A DNA stretch of 63,094 nt, filler included. It is 7 parts of 7 records of this genome, joined end to end, with 100 filler letters (N's around TTAATTAATTAA, not from the genome) between each part and the next. Parts side by side here need not be neighbours in the genome. Positions count along the whole stretch, not along the records: positions 1 to 6,619 come from SRR31156797_10823; positions 6,720 to 14,277 come from SRR31156797_10824; 5 more parts are not named here. One strand, given 5' to 3'. Shown one piece after another: positions 1 to 8,436 of this stretch; within the stretch, counting starts at the first letter, position 1; the number at the start of each line of letters is the position of its first letter. The notes beneath the pieces were generated by a model that did not search any database, was not told the origin of the DNA, and saw only the letters and a list, made by a program, of their open reading frames with translations. Position numbers and translations under genes: made by a program.

Positions 1-2
1 GG

Positions 3-575
3 TGGCGCGAATTTGTGCGCGCCGTTTACCTTTTGATTGGGCCGGAGATGCGCATCTCGAACTTCTGGGAGTGTGGCAACGCGCTGCCCAGGAGCTTTTA
101 CGCGGCCCGAACTGCGATGGAGCCGGTTGATGCCGTGATCCGGCGTGTGCTCGACAACGCGTTCGCGCACCATATTGAGCGCCTCATGATTCTGGGCAAT
201 TTCATGTTGCTCTGCGAGATCCACCCCGACGGGGTGTATCGTTGGTTCATGGAGCTTTTCATCGATGCCTACGACTGGGTGATGGTCCCCAACGTCTATG
301 GGATGAGTCAGTATGCCGATGGCGGCCGTATCACGACCAAGCCCTATGTCAGTTCATCCAATTATGTACGCAAGATGAGTGATTTTCCCGCCGGGGCCTG
401 GTGTGACGTGTGGGATGCGTTGTTCTGGCGCTTCATCCACAAGCACCGGACGGTCTTGGCGAGTAATCCGCGGATGCGCATGATGACACGGCAGTTAGAA
501 CGCATGGACGACGCAGAACTCAAGGCGCACATCAGTCTAGCCGATCGCTATCTGACGACGCTCTTTCGCCATTGA
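3..575 (+). CDS. Photolyase/cryptochrome, PhrB/CryPro (bacterial (6-4) photolyase-like, COG3046 type); 3' part, 5'-truncated by the window
   Basis: Frame is open from nt 3 (WREFVRAVY). Motifs AHHIERLM, DAYDWVMVPNVYGM and TKPYVSSSNYVRKMSD. Confidence 0.85.
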   Translation, partial: WREFVRAVYLLIGPEMRISNFWECGNALPRSFYAARTAMEPVDAVIRRVLDNAFAHHIERLMILGNFMLLCEIHPDGVYRWFMELFIDAYDWVMVPNVYGMSQYADGGRITTKPYVSSSNYVRKMSDFPAGAWCDVWDALFWRFIHKHRTVLASNPRMRMMTRQLERMDDAELKAHISLADRYLTTLFRH

Positions 576-629
576 TGCTTCCGTGCGCCGGCCTGGGCCT
601 TGGTACGATTGCCCTGATCTGGAGTCTTC

Positions 630-1130
630 TCAGAACTGGCCTTCTACGTAGTCGTCGAAGTGATTGAATTCTGCATCTTCGAGATACGTCTCCGGTTTGG
701 CGACGAAATCGCACAGGCCCTGGACCAGCACGAGGTGCTTGTTCTCTTCCTCGGCCAGTTTTTCGAACACCGCTTTCTGCCCCGCATCGTTGACGGCTTG
801 GGCCTTTTCCAGGTAGTACTTCTTGCTCTCAGCTTCGATGTCACATGCCTTCCGGTAGAGATCGACCTCGCTCGTATCAAAGGAGAACTTATCGGCGGCA
901 CTCTTGATCTTCTCGAAGACCGCCTTGGCGTTCTGCAACACGGGTGTCTCGGTGATGCTAAGTGACGTGTCGGTCTTCATCTGCTGCACGGTCTCGAAAT
1001 GCTTCGCTTCTTCGTCCGCCAGCATGACCAGAATACTTTTCAGACCGGCATGGTCGACTTTCCCTGCCAGTTGACGGTAGTGCTGCTCGGCGTACTTTTC
1101 TTTCTCCATCGCGAATTCAAAAATGTCCAT
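630..1130 (-). CDS. Ferritin-like / rubrerythrin-family di-iron protein
   Basis: Paired E..E and EExxH motifs (EKEKYAEQHY, EEAKH, EAESKKYY, EENKH). ATG at 1130 follows an AGGAAAGGA SD. Confidence 0.85.
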   Translation of the reverse strand: MDIFEFAMEKEKYAEQHYRQLAGKVDHAGLKSILVMLADEEAKHFETVQQMKTDTSLSITETPVLQNAKAVFEKIKSAADKFSFDTSEVDLYRKACDIEAESKKYYLEKAQAVNDAGQKAVFEKLAEEENKHLVLVQGLCDFVAKPETYLEDAEFNHFDDYVEGQF

Positions 1131-1447
1131 CAATTGTCCTTTCCTCGGTGAACCCAAGTCCTACCGTTCAAACAACGAGTCCTGCGGGACTGCCCCGCAT
1201 GCTGCTGGTGTGTTTCGGCATATGACGGCGCCGCGTGCACCGCGGTCGCGCGTCGCGGTCCAGTGTCTCGTACGCGGTTTCCCATCACTGGTTTTCTTAT
1301 ACCATACGACAGAGGCCATTGTCATGCGCGGAATCAGCACCGGCGTTACCCCGCGGCACCCTTGCCCATTGGCCAGTGCCCGTTGGCCGAGTGGCCGGTC
1401 GCGTGGAATGGTCGCCGGGAGATCTGCAAATTTTCGCGAGAATTATT

Positions 1448-1475
1448 TTGACATTGGGGCAGGCGGTAGTATACT
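1448..1475 (+). promoter_or_regulatory. Sigma70-type promoter
   Basis: TTGACA (1448-1453), 16-nt spacer, TATACT (1470-1475). Confidence 0.65.
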
Positions 1476-1481
1476 CCTCTC

Positions 1482-1797
1482 TGCTTTCTTATGGGTGGGT
1501 TGTTTGTCCATGCTCTGCATCGGATCGTGATAGATGCGATTGCGGGCTCGGTAAGCTCGGAACGCTATGTCAGGCGATGGTTGTCGTCTAATACCGGGTT
1601 CTTTCCGGTGATTCTGTGGTCGAGTTTTTGTTAGGGTTTTGTTTGAACCCACCGCCTGAAGGGATCGTAATCTGATAGTTTAGTACGGCGTCCTAATGAC
1701 GCCAAAGACAATTATATAGAGCATCTTAAGCCCCTGCGTAGTCTCGCTTCCTCTCCCTCCGCACCGCAGGGGCTTTCCCTTTTTCTTCTCTTCTTTT
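1482..1797 (+). ncRNA. Candidate structured sRNA or attenuated 5' leader of unknown family
   Basis: Lies between a near-consensus promoter and a terminator-like stem. Contains several hairpins and no convincing ORF. Confidence 0.35.
1728..1797 (+). terminator. Terminator-like hairpin with large CU-rich loop
   Basis: AAGCCCCTGCG (1728-1738) pairs with CGCAGGGGCTT (1765-1775), followed by a T/C-rich tract. Confidence 0.5.
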
Positions 1798-1977
1798 CGT
1801 GCGGCCTCTCTCGCATTCTGATCGACGCTTCCTTCCCCTGTGTTTGGGCTCAATGTGCGTTCCCAAGGGCGTTTCACGAAAGAAGGGCTGAACCAGATCG
1901 CCTTTCCGGACGATAGATACGGTGGTGGGGCACCGAGTGGCCCTGGATACGATCCGCGCGAAGAAGGGGCAGACCAG

Positions 1978-2946
1978 ATGGCGAAAAGGTCCGAGAAGAA
2001 ATCGGCCGATAGGCGTGAAACATCGGGGCCGGTTGAGCCAAACGGCTCTTCCAGGACGATTACGCAAGGTCTGCTCAAGCACGTGGCGGGCCTCGTCGAA
2101 TCATGCGGTGCGACTGCTCTTTTCGTCTACGTGGACGCCTTGGAGGGGCCGGAATTGGAGTTGGATCCGTCGCTGAAGGCCAAGGTTTTCTGCGTAACCA
2201 AGGAGCCGGCCCGAGAGAAGAACTGTCGTGATGGGTGCCGGCGCTGTCTGCGGGTCCCCGATGTGCCGCTGACGCGTATCGGCAGGGTGAAGATCGCCGT
2301 TTTCCTGGCCCTCTCGAGAGGGCTGATTGAGCAGGGCGATCGCATCGTCTTCCTCTCCGGGTTGGCGGCGACGAAGACCCTGGATACGATCATTGTGACC
2401 GAGGTCGGGCGGGAGTACGAGATCTTCGCTTCGGGCACAGATCTGATTGAGGCCTCTTCCGACATTCTTCCGGAAGTGATCGAGCGCATTGTGGATGTCG
2501 CCTCCGAGCTGGGTAGTGAGGGGCGAGAGGGCAGGGCGGTTGGAGCCATGTTTATCATTGGAGACACCGACCGTGTGGTTCCGCTGACCAGGCAACTGGT
2601 GCTCAATCCCTTCAAAGGGTATCCCTCCGATGAGCGTAACATCCTGGACTATTCGCTGGAAGAGACGGTCAAGGAATTGGCAACGCTCGACGGAGCTTTC
2701 ATCATCCGTGGCAATGGTGTCATGGAGACGTGTGGATCGTACGTTCGCACGGCCAGCCAGGAGGAGTATGAGCTGCCTCGCGGCCTTGGTGCTCGCCACC
2801 ACGCGGCAGCAGCGATTACCGCCGTGACCGGTTCGATTGCCTTGACTGTCAGCGAATCGACGGGCTCGGTGACCATCTTCCGAGGGGGGCGGATTGTCAC
2901 GGAAATCCAGAAACCCCGCAGCATGGGCCAAAAAACGCGGCTCTGA
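1978..2946 (+). CDS. Diadenylate cyclase (DisA_N/DAC domain), DacZ-like architecture
   Basis: EGREG, LDGAF and GARHHAAAAIT...VSESTG motifs. N-terminal extension with no TM helices. ATG 1978 follows GAAGGGG. Confidence 0.85.
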   Translation: MAKRSEKKSADRRETSGPVEPNGSSRTITQGLLKHVAGLVESCGATALFVYVDALEGPELELDPSLKAKVFCVTKEPAREKNCRDGCRRCLRVPDVPLTRIGRVKIAVFLALSRGLIEQGDRIVFLSGLAATKTLDTIIVTEVGREYEIFASGTDLIEASSDILPEVIERIVDVASELGSEGREGRAVGAMFIIGDTDRVVPLTRQLVLNPFKGYPSDERNILDYSLEETVKELATLDGAFIIRGNGVMETCGSYVRTASQEEYELPRGLGARHHAAAAITAVTGSIALTVSESTGSVTIFRGGRIVTEIQKPRSMGQKTRL

Positions 2947-3289
2947 CCCACCTGAGGTTGGTCGGTTCGGAAGATGCGGCCCATCTCGAGTGCGGCAGAA
3001 GTTCGCATCGACATCGGCCTTGGATACCTCGATAATGCGGTTGCACATCCTGCGCATGAGATGAAACTGGCCGCGTTCGCCAACGGATCCATCCAATTCC
3101 TATGGAGCAACTCGCCTGGCGGGCCGAATTTTTCAGATGCACCAGAGAGATTTCTCTGCCTGCTCTGGGAACTCCTTCCTGTTTTCTGGCCTCTTATATG
3201 TCTATTGTGATTATGCATTTATGGACGGCGTGCGCGCAGGAGGCACGGGTCCGGCTTGTTTAAATGTGAAAATAGGTGCAACAAAATGG

Positions 3290-3318
3290 TTGACTGGGTG
3301 TTAATGGTTATGCATAAT
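3290..3318 (+). promoter_or_regulatory. Sigma70-type promoter upstream of rex
   Basis: TTGACT-N17-CATAAT. A second TATAAT sits at 3364-3369. Confidence 0.5.
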
Positions 3319-3367
3319 CTAAGTGGTGGTGAGTTGTGTGGTGGAAGTTAGTGCCCTAAGGTGTATA

Positions 3368-3385
3368 ATGTGACAGGTGTAACAT
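3368..3385. promoter_or_regulatory. Putative Rex operator
   Basis: ATGTGAC-AGGT-GTAACAT, a 7-4-7 imperfect palindrome resembling TTGTGAA-N4-TTCACAA, directly upstream of rex. Confidence 0.5.
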
Positions 3386-3406
3386 ACTCAAAGAGGCCAG
3401 TTGTGC

Positions 3407-4030
3407 ATGGCAAATAGAAGCTGTATCATAAGATTGTCTCGGTACAAAAACGCCCTGAATCGGCTGAAGGCCCTCAATTTCGTGCGCGTCTTCTCTGATA
3501 ATCTGGCGGATGCGGCCGGAGTGACGGCGGCGCAGGTTCGCAAGGATTTCTCGCTGTTCGGCATTACGGGGAACCGTCGGGGCGGGTATAAGGTAGATGA
3601 ATTAAGTGATCAGCTGAATAAGATTCTTGGCAAGGATCAGCTTCAGGAGGTCATCGTGATCGGGATGGGCAACATCGGCAAGGCCCTGTTGCACTACGGT
3701 GGTCTGGAGAAGAGTGGCATTCAGATTGCCGCGGGCTTTGATATCGATCCGGCGAAGTTTGATCGCCAGGCTCAGCCGCCGGTATTGCCACTGGATGACT
3801 TGGTTGAGGTCGTACGGAAGCGGGGGATCGTCCTGGGCGTTCTGGCCGTGCCGGACTATGCGGCTCAGCAGGTGATGGAGTTGATGTTGTCGGCCGGGAT
3901 CAAGGGGGTGTTGAATTTCGCGCCGATCTGTCTGAAGGCCCCGGAAGGATGTGTTGTCAACAATATCAATCTCGAGAGCGAACTTGAGAACCTGATCTAC
4001 TTCGTCAATGCCTCCACCAATGAAAAATAG
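3407..4030 (+). CDS. rex: Redox-sensing transcriptional repressor Rex
   Basis: RLSRY...QVRKDFSLFG winged helix, GMGNIG Rossmann motif, GIKGVLNFAP. Confidence 0.93.
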   Translation: MANRSCIIRLSRYKNALNRLKALNFVRVFSDNLADAAGVTAAQVRKDFSLFGITGNRRGGYKVDELSDQLNKILGKDQLQEVIVIGMGNIGKALLHYGGLEKSGIQIAAGFDIDPAKFDRQAQPPVLPLDDLVEVVRKRGIVLGVLAVPDYAAQQVMELMLSAGIKGVLNFAPICLKAPEGCVVNNINLESELENLIYFVNASTNEK

Positions 4031-5879
4031 CTCGTTACTGCCGCCAGTGTCTATAAAGACGCGAATACTGCTATCGTTTCTGATGGTGATTTTCGTGCTG
4101 TCGGCTTCGTGCGCGCTGCTGGGCTACTACGTGACGAAGAATGACATCATCGAGCGTGCCGAGCGCAAGGTCCTCAACGACCTGACCGCCGCGCGCATGG
4201 CCTATACGGCGGAGATCGAGCGCATCGGCCAGGGGTTGCGGGTGATCTCGCCCAATGGTGACACGGAAGAATCGCGGCGCAAGCTGGATCTCCACTATCT
4301 CCGCTGTGTCCCGGCCTCTGAGTTTGGCACCCTGCGCAGTCGGATCGCGCAAATTGCCGCGGCCGAGGGCCGGGCGCTGGGTGGGACTCGGAGCATCGCG
4401 CAGGACGAGCTGGAAGCGATGGAGACGGATTTCGCGGGCAGAGAGCCCATTGGCATCCGGCCCACGCCGATGGCCCGGCCGACGGACCGAGAAACGCTGA
4501 CGCAGGCGATGGCCAAGGAATATGCCATCCCGGTTCTGGATGCGGTGGGCCAGGTCAAGGGGGTCTGCTACGGAGGCCGGGTGATCAACCGGGACTACAC
4601 GTTCGTCGACCGTATCCGCGAAATGGTCTTTGGCGAGGAATTGTATGACCTCAAACCCGTGGGGACCGTGACTATTTTCCAGGATGACGTGCGGATCTCC
4701 ACCAACGTCCTCAACGAACGGGGCCAACGGGCGGTCGGGACCAGGGTCTCGGCTCAGGTCTACAAGAAGGTCGTCGAAGAGGGGCAGGTTTGGCACGACC
4801 GGGCCTTTGTGGTCACCGATTGGTACAAGACGGCCTACGAGCCGATCCGGGACATTGATGGGAACGTCATTGGCATCCTCTATGTGGGGACTCTGGAACA
4901 GCCGTTCAACGACATGGCAAATCAGCTTCTGGTGTTCTTCTTGATGGCCGTCGGCGGCGTGACGCTCATTGCCGTGCTGATCTCGTATGTCCTGGCCGGC
5001 GCCATTTCGCGGCCCCTGACGCAGGTGGTTCAGGCGAGCGAATGTCTGGCGTCCGGGGACTGGGGTTATCAGATCAACACGTCTACGTCGATCACGGACA
5101 TCAACAGCATGGGCGAGGCCTTCAACGCGATGGCCCAGGGACTCAAGGAGCGGCAGGAGAGCCTGAAAGTCTCCAACGAGAAGTTGGAGGCGATGAACAA
5201 GAGCTACGTGGACCTGATCGGATTTGTGGCGCACGAATTGAAAGGGATTCTCGCTTCGGCGGTGATGAATGCCTACGCCGTGCGGGATGGTTTTCTCGGC
5301 ATGGTGAACTTCAAGCAGAGAAAAGCGCTCGATTCGGTCTGTCGAAACCTGGATTACCTCGACGCGACGGTGAAGAAATTCCTGAATCTGGGCCGCGTCG
5401 AGCGGGGCGAGCTTGATGTCCATAAGACCGAACTGAACCTGAAGAAGGATGTGTTCGACACTTCAATCACGTCGCTCGAGGCAGTGGCGTTTCGTAAGCA
5501 TCTAAAGATCTCCAATGACATCAGCCCCGACCTGAACGTCCAGGCCGATTCGGACCTGATGCAGATTGTGGCCAACAACCTCGTGGGCAACGCCATGAAA
5601 TACAGCCCCGATACGGGGGATATTCGTGTCACGGCCATCCCGATCAACGGCAAGATTGAGATCGACGTCTACAATGATTCGACGCCCATCACCGAAGCGC
5701 AGCGGGCTCGACTCTTCCAGAAGTTTTCCCGACTCGACAGCGCCGAGACCAAGCGGGTCAAAGGTACGGGGCTCGGGCTGTATATCACGAAGCAGATCAT
5801 CGAACGCCACGGCGGGACGATCCGCGTCGAACCTCGTGAACACGGCAACTCGTTTGTATTCTCGATAGAAAGGAACTGA
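4020..5879 (+). CDS. Membrane sensor histidine kinase (TM-Cache-TM-HAMP-HisKA-HATPase)
   Basis: Cache motif TVTIFQDDVRISTNV...GTR, HAMP, H-box AHELK, NLVGNAMKY, GTGLGL. Overlaps the rex stop; alternative ATG at 4008. Confidence 0.88.
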   Translation: MKNSSLLPPVSIKTRILLSFLMVIFVLSASCALLGYYVTKNDIIERAERKVLNDLTAARMAYTAEIERIGQGLRVISPNGDTEESRRKLDLHYLRCVPASEFGTLRSRIAQIAAAEGRALGGTRSIAQDELEAMETDFAGREPIGIRPTPMARPTDRETLTQAMAKEYAIPVLDAVGQVKGVCYGGRVINRDYTFVDRIREMVFGEELYDLKPVGTVTIFQDDVRISTNVLNERGQRAVGTRVSAQVYKKVVEEGQVWHDRAFVVTDWYKTAYEPIRDIDGNVIGILYVGTLEQPFNDMANQLLVFFLMAVGGVTLIAVLISYVLAGAISRPLTQVVQASECLASGDWGYQINTSTSITDINSMGEAFNAMAQGLKERQESLKVSNEKLEAMNKSYVDLIGFVAHELKGILASAVMNAYAVRDGFLGMVNFKQRKALDSVCRNLDYLDATVKKFLNLGRVERGELDVHKTELNLKKDVFDTSITSLEAVAFRKHLKISNDISPDLNVQADSDLMQIVANNLVGNAMKYSPDTGDIRVTAIPINGKIEIDVYNDSTPITEAQRARLFQKFSRLDSAETKRVKGTGLGLYITKQIIERHGGTIRVEPREHGNSFVFSIERN

Positions 5880-5883
5880 AAAG

Positions 5884-6240
5884 ATGCCAACCCCATTGGA
5901 CCTGATCAAGAAGAAAAGGGCGGAGGCCGTCAGCCGGATCATCGGCAAGGGGTATCTCTCCACCAAGCGCGTGTACGTGGGGATGGCCACGTGTGAAATC
6001 GCCGCCGGTTCCAAGGATGTCATGGATGTGTTCCAGAAGGCTATCAGCCGCGGCCTGACGGATATCTACCTCAGCCAGAAGGGGTGTGCGGGGCGCTGCA
6101 ACCTCGAGCCGACCGTTGAGGTGATTGAAGCGGGCAAGAGTCCTGTCAAGTACGGCAAGGTGGACACTGAGAAGGCCCAGCAGATTATCGAGCAACACCT
6201 CAAGAAGGGCCAGGTCATCCAAGAATGGCTCATCGACTAG
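5884..6240 (+). CDS. Thioredoxin-like [2Fe-2S] ferredoxin (HndB/HydD-like subunit)
   Basis: VYVGMATCEIAAG and GCAGRCNLEPTVEV. Confidence 0.82.
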   Translation: MPTPLDLIKKKRAEAVSRIIGKGYLSTKRVYVGMATCEIAAGSKDVMDVFQKAISRGLTDIYLSQKGCAGRCNLEPTVEVIEAGKSPVKYGKVDTEKAQQIIEQHLKKGQVIQEWLID

Positions 6241-6254
6241 AAAGGAAACACGCT

Positions 6255-6619
6255 GTGACTGCGACGTATAGAATCATTGTTTGCGACGGCACCGCCTGCA
6301 TCAATAGCGGCGCGCGGAAGCTGACGACCCTCTTGAGAGAGCACCTGGACCAGCATGGGTTGACCGAGCAGGTGACGATCAGCCTGTCCGGCTGTCTCGG
6401 TATGTGCGACAAGGGCCCGATCATGGTGGTCAATCCGGGCTACACGATTTACGGTGGCCTGACCGAAGACGACATTCCTGAGATCGTCGAGGAGCATCTG
6501 GTGAAGGGCCAGCCGATTGCCCGGCTCGCCATTCAGGAAGACCATCTGTACAACCGGTTCTTCCGCGTCTTCGGCGACGCCAAGTTCTTCGGCCACCAGA
6601 TGCGCATCACGTTGCGCAA
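6255..6619 (+). CDS. HydB/HndC/NuoF-like flavoprotein subunit, N-terminal part (truncated at contig end)
   Basis: GTG start after AAAGGA. CDGTAC...GCLGMC [2Fe-2S] domain followed by FFGHQMRITLR, the start of the NuoF-type core. Confidence 0.78.
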
Positions 6620-6719
6620 NNNNNNNNNNNNNNNNNNNNNNNNNNNNNNNNNNNNNNNNNNNNTTAATTAATTAANNNNNNNNNNNNNNNNNNNNNNNNN
6701 NNNNNNNNNNNNNNNNNNN
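6620..6719. other. Artificial contig spacer
   Basis: 44 N + TTAATTAATTAA (stops in all six frames) + 44 N. Confidence 0.98.
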
Positions 6720-7179
6720 CAGGCCTGAGAAACGGGTTTACCTTTGAGATACGGCGGCCAATGCCTTTGGAGAATACATCCTGGTAATCGATGGTTTTAG
6801 GAATGGGTTGGTACTTCACATATTCGGCTACCCGCAATAGTTGGCAAAAAATATGATCGGGCTGCTCATTTTTAATTACCCCGTTTAATTTACGATGGTT
6901 TTTTCCGCTAAAAAAATATCCCGCCTGGAAAGGGATGCCTTTAAAAAAGGCACCGGCCAGGTTGATGATCTTGCTAAGTAAGGTAATTTGAACTACATGA
7001 ATGGATTTGCAAAACGGGCGAAGCTCTTCAAGGTGCTCAGGTGCAACTTTACCCTCATTGACTGCAAATAAAATGATCTCGTTGTTTTTGGAAAGGTACC
7101 TGATTTGGTTATAGGCACGAAGCTTATCGCCTTTTTCAAGCGGATACGGAAACCTTGGTAGTACAACGAGCAGCTTCAT
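6720..7179 (-). CDS. Glycosyltransferase (GT4-like), N-terminal part (truncated)
   Basis: RFPYPLEKGDKLRAY GT-B N-terminus; runs into the spacer. Confidence 0.8.
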
Positions 7180-7203
7180 CCGGCAAAAATAAAAACTTCG
7201 GCG

Positions 7204-8421
7204 TTACCTGCCGGATAAAATCAACTGGTAAAAACTTTCAAGTTTACTGATAAGCTTTTGGTTGTCGTGATCAGCTTCGATGCGTTTTTTAGCATTAACT
7301 CCCAGGCCTGAACAAAATTCCTTATGATCAACACACTGCTTTACAGCCTTAAAGAACGATTCCGGGTCATCGGCAAGCATGATGTTTTTACCGCTTTCCA
7401 CGTTTATACCTTCGGCTCCAATTGTGGTTGATATCACAGCTTTTCCCATGGCCATGCCCTCGATTATTTTTATACGGATGCCGCTCCCTGAAAATAATGG
7501 AACGACTTCTATCGCTTTTGATTCAATAAAATCCAGGGCGTCATCCACCTCACCCAAAACTTCAACATTTTTAAGGTTCAGGTTGGTCAGCCAATCGGGC
7601 ATTTCACGTCCTGCGAGATAAAACTTCAGCTTTGGGAAGGTTTCGTGTACCCGGGGCCATACGTAATCCAAAAACCATTTTACCCCTTCGATGTTTGGTA
7701 TCCAGTTCATGGCACCGATGTGAAACAGTGAAGGAAATTCAGTCTCAGGATTTTTCTTCCGATTAAACTTTTCAAGTGAAATACCGAACGGAATATCGAC
7801 AAGCGGGATGTTGCATCCATTTTTCTTAAAAAATTCACCATCGTTTTTTGTGATCGACACAATGCCGTCATAACTGTTCAGGTGGCTGATTTCAAAATCC
7901 CGAAGCGTTTGCCAGATATGCTGAAGGTAAAGCTTTTTGAATGGATTTTTGGTGATTTCAGCAACACGCTTCCAAATCAAATGCTCGATGTTGTGGGAGC
8001 GAAGAATAATTTTTGCTTTTGAGTATTTGCGAATGACCGGGATGTAGGGCGTAATGAAAAGCGTTTCAAACTGAACGATATCATAATCACCTTCCTTTAG
8101 AATTCTGATCAGAGTGTTTTCGAATTCTTTGCTGATAAACCGTTGAACGTGATATGATTTTTTTGTAAAAAGATTCAGAAAGGCGTCCACCGGTTTGATG
8201 GCCAGGTTGATATAAACTGTTTCAATGTTGGTTTTTTTACGGTAATGACCCGGGATATCATCCACATCAATGCCGTATTTGTTGGAGTTTATGGCCAGCA
8301 CTTTCACACTGTGTCCTGCGTCTGCCATGCCTTCGATGAGGGCGTTCATGGCAATGGGGCCTCCCTCTTTTGGCGGAAACGGGGACTTGTTACACAGGAA
8401 AAGTATTTTCATGGCATTCAT
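7204..8421 (-). CDS. Glycosyltransferase family 4
   Basis: PFPPKEGG N-terminus and SGSGIRIKIIEGMAMG...GAEG C-terminal motif. Start may be ATG 8412. Confidence 0.88.
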   Translation of the reverse strand: MNAMKILFLCNKSPFPPKEGGPIAMNALIEGMADAGHSVKVLAINSNKYGIDVDDIPGHYRKKTNIETVYINLAIKPVDAFLNLFTKKSYHVQRFISKEFENTLIRILKEGDYDIVQFETLFITPYIPVIRKYSKAKIILRSHNIEHLIWKRVAEITKNPFKKLYLQHIWQTLRDFEISHLNSYDGIVSITKNDGEFFKKNGCNIPLVDIPFGISLEKFNRKKNPETEFPSLFHIGAMNWIPNIEGVKWFLDYVWPRVHETFPKLKFYLAGREMPDWLTNLNLKNVEVLGEVDDALDFIESKAIEVVPLFSGSGIRIKIIEGMAMGKAVISTTIGAEGINVESGKNIMLADDPESFFKAVKQCVDHKEFCSGLGVNAKKRIEADHDNQKLISKLESFYQLILSGR

Positions 8422-8436
8422 TTGTTTTGCAACATT

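Noticed and set aside
1123-1652. Several 60-135 aa ORFs between the ferritin-like and DAC genes, and the 47-codon ORF at 1491-1634
   Set aside because: No SD or recognisable motifs, and they overlap promoter elements and hairpins.
1482-1797. ydaO c-di-AMP riboswitch, 6S RNA or tRNA
   Set aside because: The characteristic conserved motifs and folds were not recognisable. Kept only as an unknown candidate RNA.
2101-5423. Long antisense ORFs (2101..3096 and 4071..5423)
   Set aside because: These are shadow frames of high-GC genes (DAC, kinase) with no motifs of their own.
6664-6675. Recurrent TTAATTAATTAA palindrome as a biological site
   Set aside because: It is always centred in N runs, so it is a scaffolding linker. 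ORFs containing X runs are artefacts of it.
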